Shown here in pieces: positions 1 through 9,131 of a stretch of 61,786 nucleotides of DNA. The notes beneath the pieces were generated by a model. That model saw only the letters and a list, made by a program, of their open reading frames with translations, ran no database searches and was not told where the DNA came from. The first letter of the stretch is position 1. Every line of letters starts with the position of its first letter. Origin of the DNA: Minisyncoccia bacterium (GTDB lineage: Bacteria > Patescibacteriota > Minisyncoccia > UBA6257 > 2-01-FULL-56-20); the NCBI GenBank assembly GCA_050008535.1, contig JBEKML010000003.1, positions 1 to 61,786 on the forward strand, written 5' to 3'. The translations under genes and the position numbers were made by a program.

Positions 1-750
<750 letters not shown>

Positions 751-807
751 TAAACTAGAGTCGAAATAAATGGGACAACTAAAAAGTTCTTTGCTATAAT
801 AAAAGAC

Positions 808-1185
808 ATGGCAGATGGTGACAAAAAGGTCATGATAATCGAGGACGATCGGTTTTTGTCGTCCTTGATAAAAACACGCCTTGAGAAGGAGGGGTTTCAC
901 GTGGCCCAGATGTTCGACGGGGAAGAGGCGATCCAGGCATTGAAGCAGGAAAGGCCCAATCTCATCATTTTGGACCTCATCATGCCGAAGGTCACGGGGT
1001 TTGAGGTTCTGCAGGCAATTTCCATCCTTCCCGGCTTCGAAAATACTCCCGTCATGATCTTAAGCAACCTTGCCCAGGACTCCGACATCGAAAAAGCCCG
1101 CCAGCTGGGAGCGAAAGAATATTTTGTGAAGGTGAAAATATCTATTGACGATCTTATCGGAAAAATCAAGTCGCTCGTGAAATAA
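808..1185 (+). CDS. stand-alone response regulator receiver domain (CheY-like)
   Basis: 125 aa. KVMIIEDD acidic pocket, LIILDLIMP phospho-acceptor Asp context, and a conserved Lys near the C-terminus (EYFVK). Confidence 0.85.
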   Translation: MADGDKKVMIIEDDRFLSSLIKTRLEKEGFHVAQMFDGEEAIQALKQERPNLIILDLIMPKVTGFEVLQAISILPGFENTPVMILSNLAQDSDIEKARQLGAKEYFVKVKISIDDLIGKIKSLVK

Positions 1186-1190
1186 CTACT

Positions 1191-1493
1191 ATGATCACGG
1201 AAGAAATCGCAAAAAAAATAAAGCCCGGCGCAAAAGTGCGGGTATACGAAGGAAAGACCCCTTTTGAAGGGCTTGTGATCGCCCGCAAGCACGGCACGGA
1301 ACCGGGAGCGACTTTTACGGTCCGCACCATTTTGGCGGGCGTCGGCGTTGAAAGGATCTACCCCGTGCATTCTCCGGCGATTCAGAAAGTTGAGATCGTT
1401 TCCAGCCCGAAGAAGGTGCACCGCTCCAAGTTGTATTTCGTCCGCGGCATTTCCGCCGCGCGCATACGGGCTAAACTGGACACATCGCTCTAG
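1191..1493 (+). CDS. rplS: 50S ribosomal protein L19
   Basis: 100 aa. FEGLVIARKHG..ATFTVR....GVGVERIYPVHSP.IQKVEIV matches the L19 core pattern. Confidence 0.9.
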   Translation: MITEEIAKKIKPGAKVRVYEGKTPFEGLVIARKHGTEPGATFTVRTILAGVGVERIYPVHSPAIQKVEIVSSPKKVHRSKLYFVRGISAARIRAKLDTSL

Positions 1494-1521
1494 GCTTCGC
1501 GCGCCACGCATACTACAAAGG

Positions 1522-1543
1522 ACTTGCGCGGGCAAGTTTTTTT
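1522..1543 (+). terminator. intrinsic terminator after rplS
   Basis: Hairpin ACTTGC-GCGG-GCAAGT followed by a T7 run. Confidence 0.7.
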
Positions 1544-1579
1544 AATTTTTATTTAATGTTCACGTGCTAGGGTGGGGAT

Positions 1580-2230
1580 ATGAAGCCTCTCGGCAAGGTA
1601 AAGATTCAGTGGTCGCCCGAATTCGCATATGCAATCGGGCTCTTAGTGACGGACGGATGCCTCTATGGCGATGGCAGGCATATTAATTTGACGTCGAAAG
1701 ACAAAGAACAGATAAAGAATTTCCTATGGTGCCTCAAGCTGAACAATAAAATCGGCATGAAACATAATGGTGCGAGAAGTGCACGATCCTTTACCGTCCA
1801 ATTTGGAGATATTGTGTTTTATCGATTTTTGAACTCGATTGGCGTTAATCCGCGCAAATCAAAAACTATAGCTGATATAAAAATTCCCAATGAATACTTC
1901 TTTGATTTTCTCCGCGGGCATTTTGATGGTGATGGGACATTTTATTCATATTTTGATCCCAGATGGAAATCCAGCTATCTTTTTTATACCGTTTTTGCAT
2001 CCGCGAGCGGAACTCATATAAATTGGCTTAGAGATAAAATTTTCCGCGCTTTGAAACTTAAGGGCCACATATCTAAGAGCGTTTCCGATCCGACTTATAA
2101 ACTTAAGTATGCAAAGACCGAATCGTTGAAATTATTGCCGAGATTGTATTATAATGCCAAAGTAGTTTGTTTGTCTCGGAAGCGTAGAATAGTTAAGACT
2201 GCGCTCGCCGTGATAAATAAAAAGCTATAG
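1580..2230 (+). CDS. LAGLIDADG-family homing endonuclease, double-motif, free-standing
   Basis: 216 aa with two LAGLIDADG-type motifs: YAIGLLVTDGCLY and FLRGHFDGDGTF. GGTGGGGA sits upstream of the ATG. Confidence 0.85.
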   Translation: MKPLGKVKIQWSPEFAYAIGLLVTDGCLYGDGRHINLTSKDKEQIKNFLWCLKLNNKIGMKHNGARSARSFTVQFGDIVFYRFLNSIGVNPRKSKTIADIKIPNEYFFDFLRGHFDGDGTFYSYFDPRWKSSYLFYTVFASASGTHINWLRDKIFRALKLKGHISKSVSDPTYKLKYAKTESLKLLPRLYYNAKVVCLSRKRRIVKTALAVINKKL

Positions 2231-2232
2231 CT

Positions 2233-2316
2233 GCGCGGGTGGCGAAACTGGCAGACGCATCACCTTGAGGTGGTGACGCCCGTAAGGGTGTGGAGGTTCG
2301 AATCCTCTCCCGCGCA
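2233..2316 (+). tRNA. tRNA-Leu (anticodon GAG), type II with long variable arm, no encoded CCA
   Basis: Hand-folded cloverleaf: acceptor GCGCGGG/CCCGCGC; D-arm GGCGAAACTGGCAGACGC; anticodon stem TCACC/GGTGA with loop TTGAGGT; variable arm GCCC-GTAA-GGGT; T-arm GGAGG-TTCGAAT-CCTCT. Confidence 0.85.
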
Positions 2317-2325
2317 CGAAAAAAC

Positions 2326-2829
2326 ATGACAAAAGAGGAAATTGGGGATCAATTCTTTTCTGACCCAGATGCCTTTTTCTCAAATTTTGAAAAATTGGGA
2401 GTCGATTTTTCAAAAATTAAACTTGATCTTGGGAGGATAATGGTCAAAAAGAGGTTCGGTCTTAGCGATCAACAAATTGACGCCGTCGAATTTGTTTATT
2501 GGATGTCCTACTTTGTTGAGACCGAATTAAAGAAAATGATTTTATTTGTCGAAAAGGGCTTAGGCGGCAGAATCAATATGCTTGAAATTGCCTTAGATAA
2601 ACTCCATTTTGGTGACAAAATTGGCCTTGTTGAATTGTATAACGATAAGGGCGTTTCAGATGACTTCATCAAGATGTGTCGAAAAATGAATGATTTAAGA
2701 AATCACGTTGCTCACGGTAGGTTTGAGAAATTAGAGTATGCAGGGCTGAGTCTATCTGGCACTAAGGGCCAATTGAAGCTTTTTGCCGATATCAAAAATG
2801 CTGCCGCGAAGAAAGACACCTTAAAATAG
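2326..2829 (+). CDS. small HEPN-motif protein (putative RNase / Abi-like)
   Basis: The track ORF 2290..2829 overlaps the tRNA, so I trimmed it to the ATG at 2326 (167 aa). An Rx4H motif, LRNHVAHG, lies near the C-terminus in a predicted helical protein. The function is inferred. Confidence 0.6.
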   Translation: MTKEEIGDQFFSDPDAFFSNFEKLGVDFSKIKLDLGRIMVKKRFGLSDQQIDAVEFVYWMSYFVETELKKMILFVEKGLGGRINMLEIALDKLHFGDKIGLVELYNDKGVSDDFIKMCRKMNDLRNHVAHGRFEKLEYAGLSLSGTKGQLKLFADIKNAAAKKDTLK

Positions 2830-2861
2830 TTCGAACATCGTCCAGCCCTGTGCACTAAAAA
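2828..2861 (+). repeat. boundary motif copy A (AGTTCGAACATCGTCCA + GCCCTGTGCACTAAAAA)
   Basis: The first 17 nt are identical to 32060-32076. The whole 32 nt matches about 29/33 with 3221-3253. Confidence 0.8.
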
Positions 2862-2868
2862 TGCAAAG

Positions 2869-2910
2869 CCCCGCAACAGTAGGAGCGGAAAGCTTTGCGC
2901 TGTTACGGGG
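2869..2910. terminator. hairpin between convergent genes
   Basis: CCCCGCAACAG ... CTGTTACGGGG, an 11-bp stem with one mismatch. The T-runs are weak. Confidence 0.4.
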
Positions 2911-2938
2911 TTAATGAGTTCGGGCGGCGATTGCTCGG

Positions 2939-3103
2939 CTAATCGTCTCGATCGCTGAGGTCGTAGGTTTCGCCAAGCCCGCACTGGGGACAGAAGAATC
3001 TCCCGTGGTCATCCGATGGGAACATCTCGCAGTTGTGAATTGGACACACTGGATTTCCGCCCAGCTCCTGTTGGACCCTCTCTGTTGCGTCCCAATATCC
3101 CAT
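2939..3103 (-). CDS. unannotated 54-aa zinc-ribbon-like protein
   Basis: Hand translation: MGYWDATERVQQELGGNPVCPIHNCEMFPSDDHGRFFCPQCGLGETYDLSDRDD. It has CxxxxC...CxxC and GAGAGGTGAAAG directly upstream of the ATG. It falls below the 60-aa cutoff of the ORF track. Confidence 0.45.
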   Translation of the reverse strand: MGYWDATERVQQELGGNPVCPIHNCEMFPSDDHGRFFCPQCGLGETYDLSDRDD

Positions 3104-3184
3104 CTTTCACCTCTCTTCAGTAGATCCTACAAGCAGAATAGTACACATTATGTTGTTTTGGCAACTTTAATACGAAATCGTAAA

Positions 3185-3239
3185 ATCGTTCGGACATCGT
3201 TCGGACATCGTTCGGACATCGTTCGGACATCGTTCGGGC
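3185..3239 (+). repeat. 11-bp tandem repeat (ATCGTTCGGAC x4 plus one variant unit)
   Basis: Units start at 3185, 3196, 3207, 3218 and 3229. The unit is an internal piece of the boundary motif. Confidence 0.95.
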
Positions 3240-3253
3240 CTATGCACTAAAAA
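3221..3253 (+). repeat. boundary motif copy B (degenerate direct repeat of 2830-2861)
   Basis: GTTCGGACATCGTTCGGGCCTATGCACTAAAAA versus GTTCGAACATCGTCCAGCCCTGTGCACTAAAAA. Confidence 0.75.
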
Positions 3254-3271
3254 ATATTGTATAATTAGGCG

Positions 3272-3688
3272 ATGAGATTTGTTTGGACTCCGGAATACAG
3301 CGTCGGCGTGAAAGAGTTCGACGACCAGCATAAGCATTTTTTTGCATTGGCCAATAAGGTGTACGAAATGGCCATGAGCGGGTCGGTGGATAAAAAAGGG
3401 CTTGGCATGGCCGGAGACGAATTCGGAAACTATTCTTTGTATCATCTTTCGACCGAAGAAGAATATTTCAAAAAATATGGCTATCCGGATGCTTCCCCGC
3501 ACATCGCGGCTCACGATCTTTACCGCGAAAAGATCCAAGACTATCTAACCAGGCTGCGCCGCGAAGAACCAGATTTAAACCAAGCAGCGAGGGAACTTTC
3601 CGATTTCGCCGCGGATTGGCTTTTCCGGCACATACTTTCGATGGACAGGAATTATAAGGCGTTTTTCAACGGCAAGGGGATACAATAG
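3272..3688 (+). CDS. hemerythrin-like metal-binding protein
   Basis: 138 aa. Bacteriohemerythrin pattern: W.PEYSVGV.EFDDQHK.FF, then the downstream His motifs HIAAH and FRHI. Confidence 0.85.
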   Translation: MRFVWTPEYSVGVKEFDDQHKHFFALANKVYEMAMSGSVDKKGLGMAGDEFGNYSLYHLSTEEEYFKKYGYPDASPHIAAHDLYREKIQDYLTRLRREEPDLNQAARELSDFAADWLFRHILSMDRNYKAFFNGKGIQ

Positions 3689-3730
3689 GGCAATTTGCCT
3701 TTTTCGGCGAATCTGTTAGAATAGTTCTCA

Positions 3731-4987
3731 ATGAGGCGGCATCCAGGCCTTTTTTTAACGATTATCATTCTGGCCGCGATTGTGGCGGGAGTTTTTGTTT
3801 ACCCGAAGTGGCTTGGCGCGAAATGGCAGCCGTGGCATTTGGGGCTTGATCTTGTGGGCGGCAGCCACCTGGTCTACCAGATCGATCTTTCGAAAGTTGC
3901 GGCGACCGACCAGGATTCGGTCGTACAGGGGCTTCGCGACGTGATCGAGAAGCGTGTGAATCTTTTCGGCGTAAGCGAGCCACAAGTTTATACGGCGCAG
4001 ACGGGGAACCAGGCGCAGCTTATTGTTGACCTTGCGGGCATAAAAAATGTGAGCGACGCGATCAAAGAAATCGGCCAGACGCCACTCCTGCAGTTCGCGG
4101 AAGTGGACCAGGACCCGTCATCTACCCAGCCGTACATTTTCACCAATCTTACGGGCGAGTACATCACCGGCGCCCAATTGTCCTTCAACCAAAATACGGG
4201 CGCGCCGCAGGTGCAGGTTACCTTCAATGATGTCGGAACGCAGATTTTCGCGAAGATGACGGCGGCGAACGTCGGGAAGCCGCTCGCGATATTCTTGGAT
4301 AATCAATTGATCGAGGCGCCTGTCGTGCGGGAGGCGATCCCGAACGGCAAGGCGGTGATCAGCGGCACCTTCACCGTGGATACCGCAAAGACGCTCGTGG
4401 AGCGTTTCAATGCCGGCGCCCTTCCCGCGCCGATCACGCTTATCAATCAGCAGACGGTGAGCCCCTCCTTGGGCGCCGATTCACTCAATAAGGTGATCGT
4501 GGCAGGCATCGCGGGGACGCTCCTCGTCATTCTTTTCATGCTGTTCTATTATCGTTTGCTTGGCCTTTTTGCGGCGCTTGCGCTCGTCATCTACATCGCG
4601 CTTACCCTCGGCGTTTTCAAGGCCATTCCGATCACCTTAAGCTTGTCCGGCTTTGCGGGATTTATCCTCACGATCGGCATGGCGGTTGATGCGAACATCC
4701 TTATTTTTGAACGTATCAAGGAGGAATTAAAACGGGGATTGCCGAAGGCATCCGCCATCGAGGAAGGGTTCCGCCGCGCGTGGCCTTCCATCCGCGATTC
4801 CAACACCTCTACCATCATCACCGCCGTCATTCTTTATTTCTTCACGTCGAGCTTCGTGCAGGGTTTCGCGCTTACCCTCCTTCTTGGCGTTATCATGAGC
4901 TTGTTCAGTGCGATCACGACCACGCGGCTTTTCCTTCGCACATTTCTCAAAGACGCCACCGTCGTAGTGAAACAAAAAAACGCCTAA
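3731..4987 (+). CDS. secD: protein translocase subunit SecD
   Basis: 418 aa. N-terminal TM, LGLDLVGGSHLVYQ, periplasmic domain, and a C-terminal 6-TM bundle with GMAVDANILIFERIKEE. Confidence 0.9.
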   Translation: MRRHPGLFLTIIILAAIVAGVFVYPKWLGAKWQPWHLGLDLVGGSHLVYQIDLSKVAATDQDSVVQGLRDVIEKRVNLFGVSEPQVYTAQTGNQAQLIVDLAGIKNVSDAIKEIGQTPLLQFAEVDQDPSSTQPYIFTNLTGEYITGAQLSFNQNTGAPQVQVTFNDVGTQIFAKMTAANVGKPLAIFLDNQLIEAPVVREAIPNGKAVISGTFTVDTAKTLVERFNAGALPAPITLINQQTVSPSLGADSLNKVIVAGIAGTLLVILFMLFYYRLLGLFAALALVIYIALTLGVFKAIPITLSLSGFAGFILTIGMAVDANILIFERIKEELKRGLPKASAIEEGFRRAWPSIRDSNTSTIITAVILYFFTSSFVQGFALTLLLGVIMSLFSAITTTRLFLRTFLKDATVVVKQKNA

Positions 4988-4994
4988 TGTAACC

Positions 4995-5897
4995 ATGTAC
5001 AACATCGTCGGCCGGAAAAAAATATGGTTCGCGCTTTCGGGGGTCCTTATCGGCCTCGCCATTCTTGCGATCGCGTTCTTCGGCTTCAAGCAGAGCGCGG
5101 AATTCCTGGGCGGCTCGCTCTGGGGTTTCAAAATACCGACGAACCAGCCTTCGCTCACCGACGTGCAGAATTTTTTTGCGAATGACCTGAAAGCTGATGG
5201 TGCGGCAATCACCCTCGATACCGCAAATCGATCGTTCCTTGCCCGCTTCGACATTATTGACGAAGCGACCCACGAGCGGTTTTTGAGCGAAGCCAAAAAG
5301 CTATGGCCCTCGTTCACGGAATTAAATTTTTCGTCCATCGGCCCTTCGGTCGGCGCCGGCCTGAAGAAGAACGCCATGATCGCGATCGGGCTTGTGCTCG
5401 TCGGCATTTCGCTCTACATCGCCTTCGCGTTCCGAAAAGCATCGCGGCCGGTGAGTTCGTGGAAATACGGATGGGTCACGCTGCTCACGCTCTTTCATGA
5501 TGTTCTGATCCCGGCGGGATTGCTTGCCGTCCTCGGTCGTTTTAGGGGGATCGAGATCGACACGAACTTCATCGTGGCGCTCTTGGTCGTCATGGGCTTC
5601 TCGGTGCACGATACGATCGTCGTCTTTGACCGTATCCGGGAAAATCTTGTCACTCATCGCGGCAAATCGAGCTTCGCGGTGGTGGTGAATGACAGCGTGA
5701 ACCAAACCATCGCGCGATCAGTGAACACCTCGCTTACGTTGATCCTTGTCCTCCTCGCCCTTTACTTCGTCGGTCCCGCCGATCTCCACTATTTCGTTCT
5801 TACCCTCCTTGTGGGGGTGACGACGGGCATTTATTCATCCATCTTTATTGCAAGCCCGGCCCTCGTCCTTTTGGGGCCAAAAAACGAGCCTTCCTAG
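4995..5897 (+). CDS. secF: protein translocase subunit SecF
   Basis: 300 aa directly after secD. The TM bundle contains GFSVHDTIVVFDRIREN. Confidence 0.9.
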   Translation: MYNIVGRKKIWFALSGVLIGLAILAIAFFGFKQSAEFLGGSLWGFKIPTNQPSLTDVQNFFANDLKADGAAITLDTANRSFLARFDIIDEATHERFLSEAKKLWPSFTELNFSSIGPSVGAGLKKNAMIAIGLVLVGISLYIAFAFRKASRPVSSWKYGWVTLLTLFHDVLIPAGLLAVLGRFRGIEIDTNFIVALLVVMGFSVHDTIVVFDRIRENLVTHRGKSSFAVVVNDSVNQTIARSVNTSLTLILVLLALYFVGPADLHYFVLTLLVGVTTGIYSSIFIASPALVLLGPKNEPS

Positions 5898-5950
5898 GCC
5901 TGGTTGACAGGTACTTGCTAAAAAATGTACTATAAGTTATAATAGATTCA

Positions 5951-6982
5951 ATGGCTTCTATAACAAAAATTATTGATTCCGCCCTTGCCGGCCTCAAACC
6001 GCGGCAGAAGGAAGTTCTTGGGGCCCGTTTTGGCTTGGCAAAAGAAGGGGAAGGCGAGACCTTGGCTGCCGTGGGCAACCGGCTGAAAGTGACGCGGGAG
6101 CGGGTGCGGCAGATAGAAGGGAGCGGTATTGCACTTGCGAAAGCGAGCATGCTGAAGGACCAGGAAACGATGGGGTTCTTGGAAAGGGTGAGAAAGTATA
6201 TCGCGAGCCGCGGCGGAGCGGCAAAGAAAGCAGATGTGCTTCAGTATGCGGCAACGCTTGCGAAAGCGGTGCGGGAGAACCAACTTGATTTCCTTGCCGA
6301 GGTTTCCGGCGCATTCAAGCTCTACCGCGAAGATGCGGATTTTGGACCCTTCTATTACACAGGCGATAAAGAACTGAAGGAAGCGAAAGCGTTCGTGGAA
6401 GGATGGGTGAATTTCTTGAAATCGCACAAAGAGAAAGTATTCACTGGATCGTACGAGACGCAACTCGCGAGTTTCGTGAAAACAAAGCCCTTGAGCGATG
6501 CGGTTGCGGGGAACTATTTGGGCGTCGCGAAGCATATCCACAAAAACCCGTACGGCGATGTGGGATTGCGCGACTGGCCGGAGATCTGCCCGATGACGGT
6601 GCGCGATAAGATCTACCTGGTGCTTAAAAAGCATGGCAAGCCACTGCACTTTGAGGACATCGCCCATCATATCAATAAAGTTGGCTTTGACAGGCAGCCC
6701 GCGCTCGCTCCGACCGTGCACAACGAGCTTATTAAAGACGATCGCTTCGTGCTGGTGGGCCGCGGTCTTTACGGATTGCGCGAGTTTGGTTATGAGCCGG
6801 GAACGGCGCGCGAGGTGATCGCGAAAGTTTTAAAGAGCGAAGGACCGCTCACGCCTCCGCAGCTTGTGGCGCAGGTCAACAAGCAGCGTTTCTTCAAGCC
6901 GAATACGGTCCTCATCAATCTACAGAACCGGGCGTTCTTTGAGCGGACACCCGACGGCAAGTACCGCGTCCGCGAGGCATAA
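5951..6982 (+). CDS. sigma-70 region-4-like HTH plus HARE-HTH domain protein
   Basis: 343 aa. The N-terminus [15 protein letters not shown]...[20 protein letters not shown] resembles sigma region 4. [21 protein letters not shown] is HARE-HTH-like. Confidence 0.55.
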   Translation: MASITKIIDSALAGLKPRQKEVLGARFGLAKEGEGETLAAVGNRLKVTRERVRQIEGSGIALAKASMLKDQETMGFLERVRKYIASRGGAAKKADVLQYAATLAKAVRENQLDFLAEVSGAFKLYREDADFGPFYYTGDKELKEAKAFVEGWVNFLKSHKEKVFTGSYETQLASFVKTKPLSDAVAGNYLGVAKHIHKNPYGDVGLRDWPEICPMTVRDKIYLVLKKHGKPLHFEDIAHHINKVGFDRQPALAPTVHNELIKDDRFVLVGRGLYGLREFGYEPGTAREVIAKVLKSEGPLTPPQLVAQVNKQRFFKPNTVLINLQNRAFFERTPDGKYRVREA

Positions 6983-7013
6983 CGGCCGCGCCGCCGGGCG
7001 GCGCCGAAAAGCG

Positions 7014-7715
7014 ATGCGCTTCCATCTCCTCACGATCTTTCCCCGTATCTTCGATTCCTACCTGGGGGAATCGCTTTTCAAGCGTGCGCAAAAAAGCGGC
7101 CTGCTCTCCGCGCGCGTTTATAACCTCCGCGATTTCACGAGTGACAAGCATAAAAAAGTGGACGACCGGCCGTTCGGCGGCGGGCCCGGGATGGTGATGA
7201 AGGTGGAGCCGGTCTACAAGGCGATAGCGCGCATCAAGGCGGCCATTGCCCGTACGGGGAAGGCACGGGCGAAAGCGCGCGTGATCTTATTTTCTACGCG
7301 CGGAAAAAAATTCAACGCCGCAGCTGCGAAACGACTTTCAAAATACCAAGAACTCATTTTGATCTGCGGCCGCTACGAAGGGGTGGACGAGCGCGTGGCG
7401 CAGCATATCGCTGACGAAGAAATTTCAATAGGGGATTACGTGCTCTCCGGCGGCGAACTTCCCGCCCTCGTTTTAATGGAGGCCGTCAGCCGCCACCTTC
7501 CGGGATTTTTAGGGAAAGAAGAGTCGTTGGAAGAAATAAACGGTTCGTTTCCGACCTATACGCGGCCGGAGATTTTTGTTGTTAATAAAATCCGGGGCAA
7601 GGGCAAGAAGAGCAGGGCATCGGGCGTGGCAAAAAAATGGCGCGTCCCGCCCGTGCTTTTATCTGGCGATCATAAAAAGATCGCCGAGTGGCGGCGCGAG
7701 CACGGAGGGTTTTAA
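7014..7715 (+). CDS. trmD: tRNA (guanine37-N1)-methyltransferase
   Basis: Track ORF 6864..7715 trimmed to the ATG at 7014. [15 protein letters not shown]...[17 protein letters not shown] and [10 protein letters not shown] are present. Confidence 0.9.
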   Translation: MRFHLLTIFPRIFDSYLGESLFKRAQKSGLLSARVYNLRDFTSDKHKKVDDRPFGGGPGMVMKVEPVYKAIARIKAAIARTGKARAKARVILFSTRGKKFNAAAAKRLSKYQELILICGRYEGVDERVAQHIADEEISIGDYVLSGGELPALVLMEAVSRHLPGFLGKEESLEEINGSFPTYTRPEIFVVNKIRGKGKKSRASGVAKKWRVPPVLLSGDHKKIAEWRREHGGF

Positions 7716-7741
7716 TCTGTTCGTCGGCGTGACCGAATTTC

Positions 7742-7769
7742 TTGACGAGAGCCTGGTTTGTGCTAATCT
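7742..7769 (+). promoter_or_regulatory. sigma-70-like promoter upstream of the 7828 gene
   Basis: TTGACG, 16-nt spacer, TGcTAATCT (extended -10). Confidence 0.35.
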
Positions 7770-7827
7770 GACGGAGGTTATTCGCATAGCACGAAGTTGA
7801 AATTACAAGAAAGGACGGTAGAGCAGT

Positions 7828-8997
7828 ATGACCAAACCGACGCTGAAGTTGCTTGTCGGCAGTTGGCATCTCTTGCGACAAATCATGGCCTTCGGGAATC
7901 CCACCGCCGGTGGGTTCCAGACAATGGCCGAAGCGCTTTACGCGGTCGCTCAGCTGAACCAGTGGCTCGGTGCTACGTACGGCATTGAGATCGTGGTCTC
8001 AGCTCATCTGTGGCACGAGTTGATTGTGCCAGACTGTGTGTCTGAGATCGGGTACAGCGCCCAATGGAACAATCCGCGGGCGATCGAGTTGGAAACGTGG
8101 GTGGACGGCGTGAGGGCCGGGCGTTTGGCGCCAATCGGGCGCATCATCCCTCCTGGGTTCGGCCTGCCTGGAAGCGACGACGGACACTTCATCAGCCCGG
8201 ATCCGGTTCGCCGGAAGCTGGCGCACGACGCGATGGTCCACAGCTTCCGGCTGTCCGATTTCGTGAAGACGGCGGGCGTCGGCGAAGGCGACGTTATCTA
8301 TTGGACGGGGCCTGACGGCATCAGGTGGCTGCGGCTCGTCCAGGGTGACGATGTACTTCTCGGGCACGATCTCAACCCCAAGCTTGAAGAGTGGGGGTTG
8401 GTCGTCAACGGCGTCGGCAATGCCGTGCGGGCGGCCCGCGAAGCCGGGTTCGTCCACACGTCGCTCCTTATCGAAGGCAAGCCCGGCGGCGACCCCTGCT
8501 ATTTGTGCGTCTTCACGGATGCCCAGCTCGAAATTCTGGGTATCAAACAGATCAACAGCATTGCGGGCGCCGACGTTGCGAGGTGGCAAGGGGAATTCTG
8601 TCACGAGCGTGGCGCTGGCGTGGCATTCGTCACCGCAATGGGGCAAGCCATTCAAGCCGGAGTCTTCGGGGGCGAGATACATTTCAACTCCGGCGGGCGG
8701 GGCGCCGTGAACTTCGCGGAGTTACTGTCCAAGCCGGGCGGTACGCGCGCATCGCTCTTCCCGCAGTACGTTGACCCCGACTTCCTTCCCGGGGAAGGGC
8801 CCGCGGAATGGATCGGAGACCAACTCGCCACAATTCAACTCGGTGCCAAGTGGTCTGCCCATACTGGGCGGCCCTTCAAGGTCGAGTTTGACGCGCGGTT
8901 CTGTCGGTACGCCGACACCATCGGCGCGCTCCAGAAGTCCGCGGTGTGGGTGATCGAGAACTTCAACGAGGCGGTTGCGCAAATGGGTCCCCCGTAG
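7828..8997 (+). CDS. putative sugar isomerase, xylose-isomerase-like TIM barrel
   Basis: 389 aa. The motifs LIEGKPGGDP (compare IEPKP), EFCHERGAG and GEIHFNSGG resemble XylA-family metal and substrate motifs. The gene is GC-rich (58-67% in two counted lines). The assignment is tentative. Confidence 0.4.
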   Translation: MTKPTLKLLVGSWHLLRQIMAFGNPTAGGFQTMAEALYAVAQLNQWLGATYGIEIVVSAHLWHELIVPDCVSEIGYSAQWNNPRAIELETWVDGVRAGRLAPIGRIIPPGFGLPGSDDGHFISPDPVRRKLAHDAMVHSFRLSDFVKTAGVGEGDVIYWTGPDGIRWLRLVQGDDVLLGHDLNPKLEEWGLVVNGVGNAVRAAREAGFVHTSLLIEGKPGGDPCYLCVFTDAQLEILGIKQINSIAGADVARWQGEFCHERGAGVAFVTAMGQAIQAGVFGGEIHFNSGGRGAVNFAELLSKPGGTRASLFPQYVDPDFLPGEGPAEWIGDQLATIQLGAKWSAHTGRPFKVEFDARFCRYADTIGALQKSAVWVIENFNEAVAQMGPP

Positions 8998-9131
8998 CAC
9001 GCGGGCGCACATGGGCGCGATGCCAACGAGAAAGAAAAGAGGCGGTAATCTACGGCCCCGGCCAGCTTCAAGCTGCGTCCGGGGCCAAAAATATTTATCT
9101 TTATTTAATATCGCTGCGCTATGATGGCGGG

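Larger units (their letters stand above)
1545..2844. mobile_element. putative acquired low-GC islet (LAGLIDADG, tRNA-Leu, HEPN)
   Basis: Hand-counted 60-nt lines inside give 33-43% GC against about 50-55% in flanking genes. It ends at the 17-nt motif shared with the 28-32 kb island. Confidence 0.35.

Noticed and set aside
1556-1572. Short matches at the left edges of the two low-GC segments (ATGTTCA as the inverse of the motif core; TGCTAGGG shared 8-mer) as terminal inverted repeats
   Set aside because: Matches of 6-8 nt are within chance expectation. I note them only as a weak hint.
3185-3239. The tandem repeat as a CRISPR array
   Set aside because: The units are 11 bp, contiguous and without spacers, so this is a simple tandem repeat. 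No CRISPR-like repeat-spacer structure appears anywhere in the window.
3005-3250. 81-aa plus-strand ORF
   Set aside because: It runs through the tandem repeat, producing the reiterated peptide RTSFGHRSDIVRTSFG, and it has no RBS. The opposite-strand zinc-ribbon ORF has better signals.
6864-7013. N-terminal extensions suggested by the ORF track (trmD 6864, comEC 8946, MBL 10187, eno 20383, permease 18418, murG 27159, exonuclease 43018, HEPN 2290)
   Set aside because: The extensions overlap upstream genes or the tRNA and translate to Arg/Ser-rich junk. Internal ATGs give canonical N-termini.
9054-9086. Hairpin GGCCCCG...CGGGGCC as a canonical intrinsic terminator feature
   Set aside because: It is followed by an A-run rather than a T-run on the plus strand. 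I mention it in a finding but did not call it as a feature.
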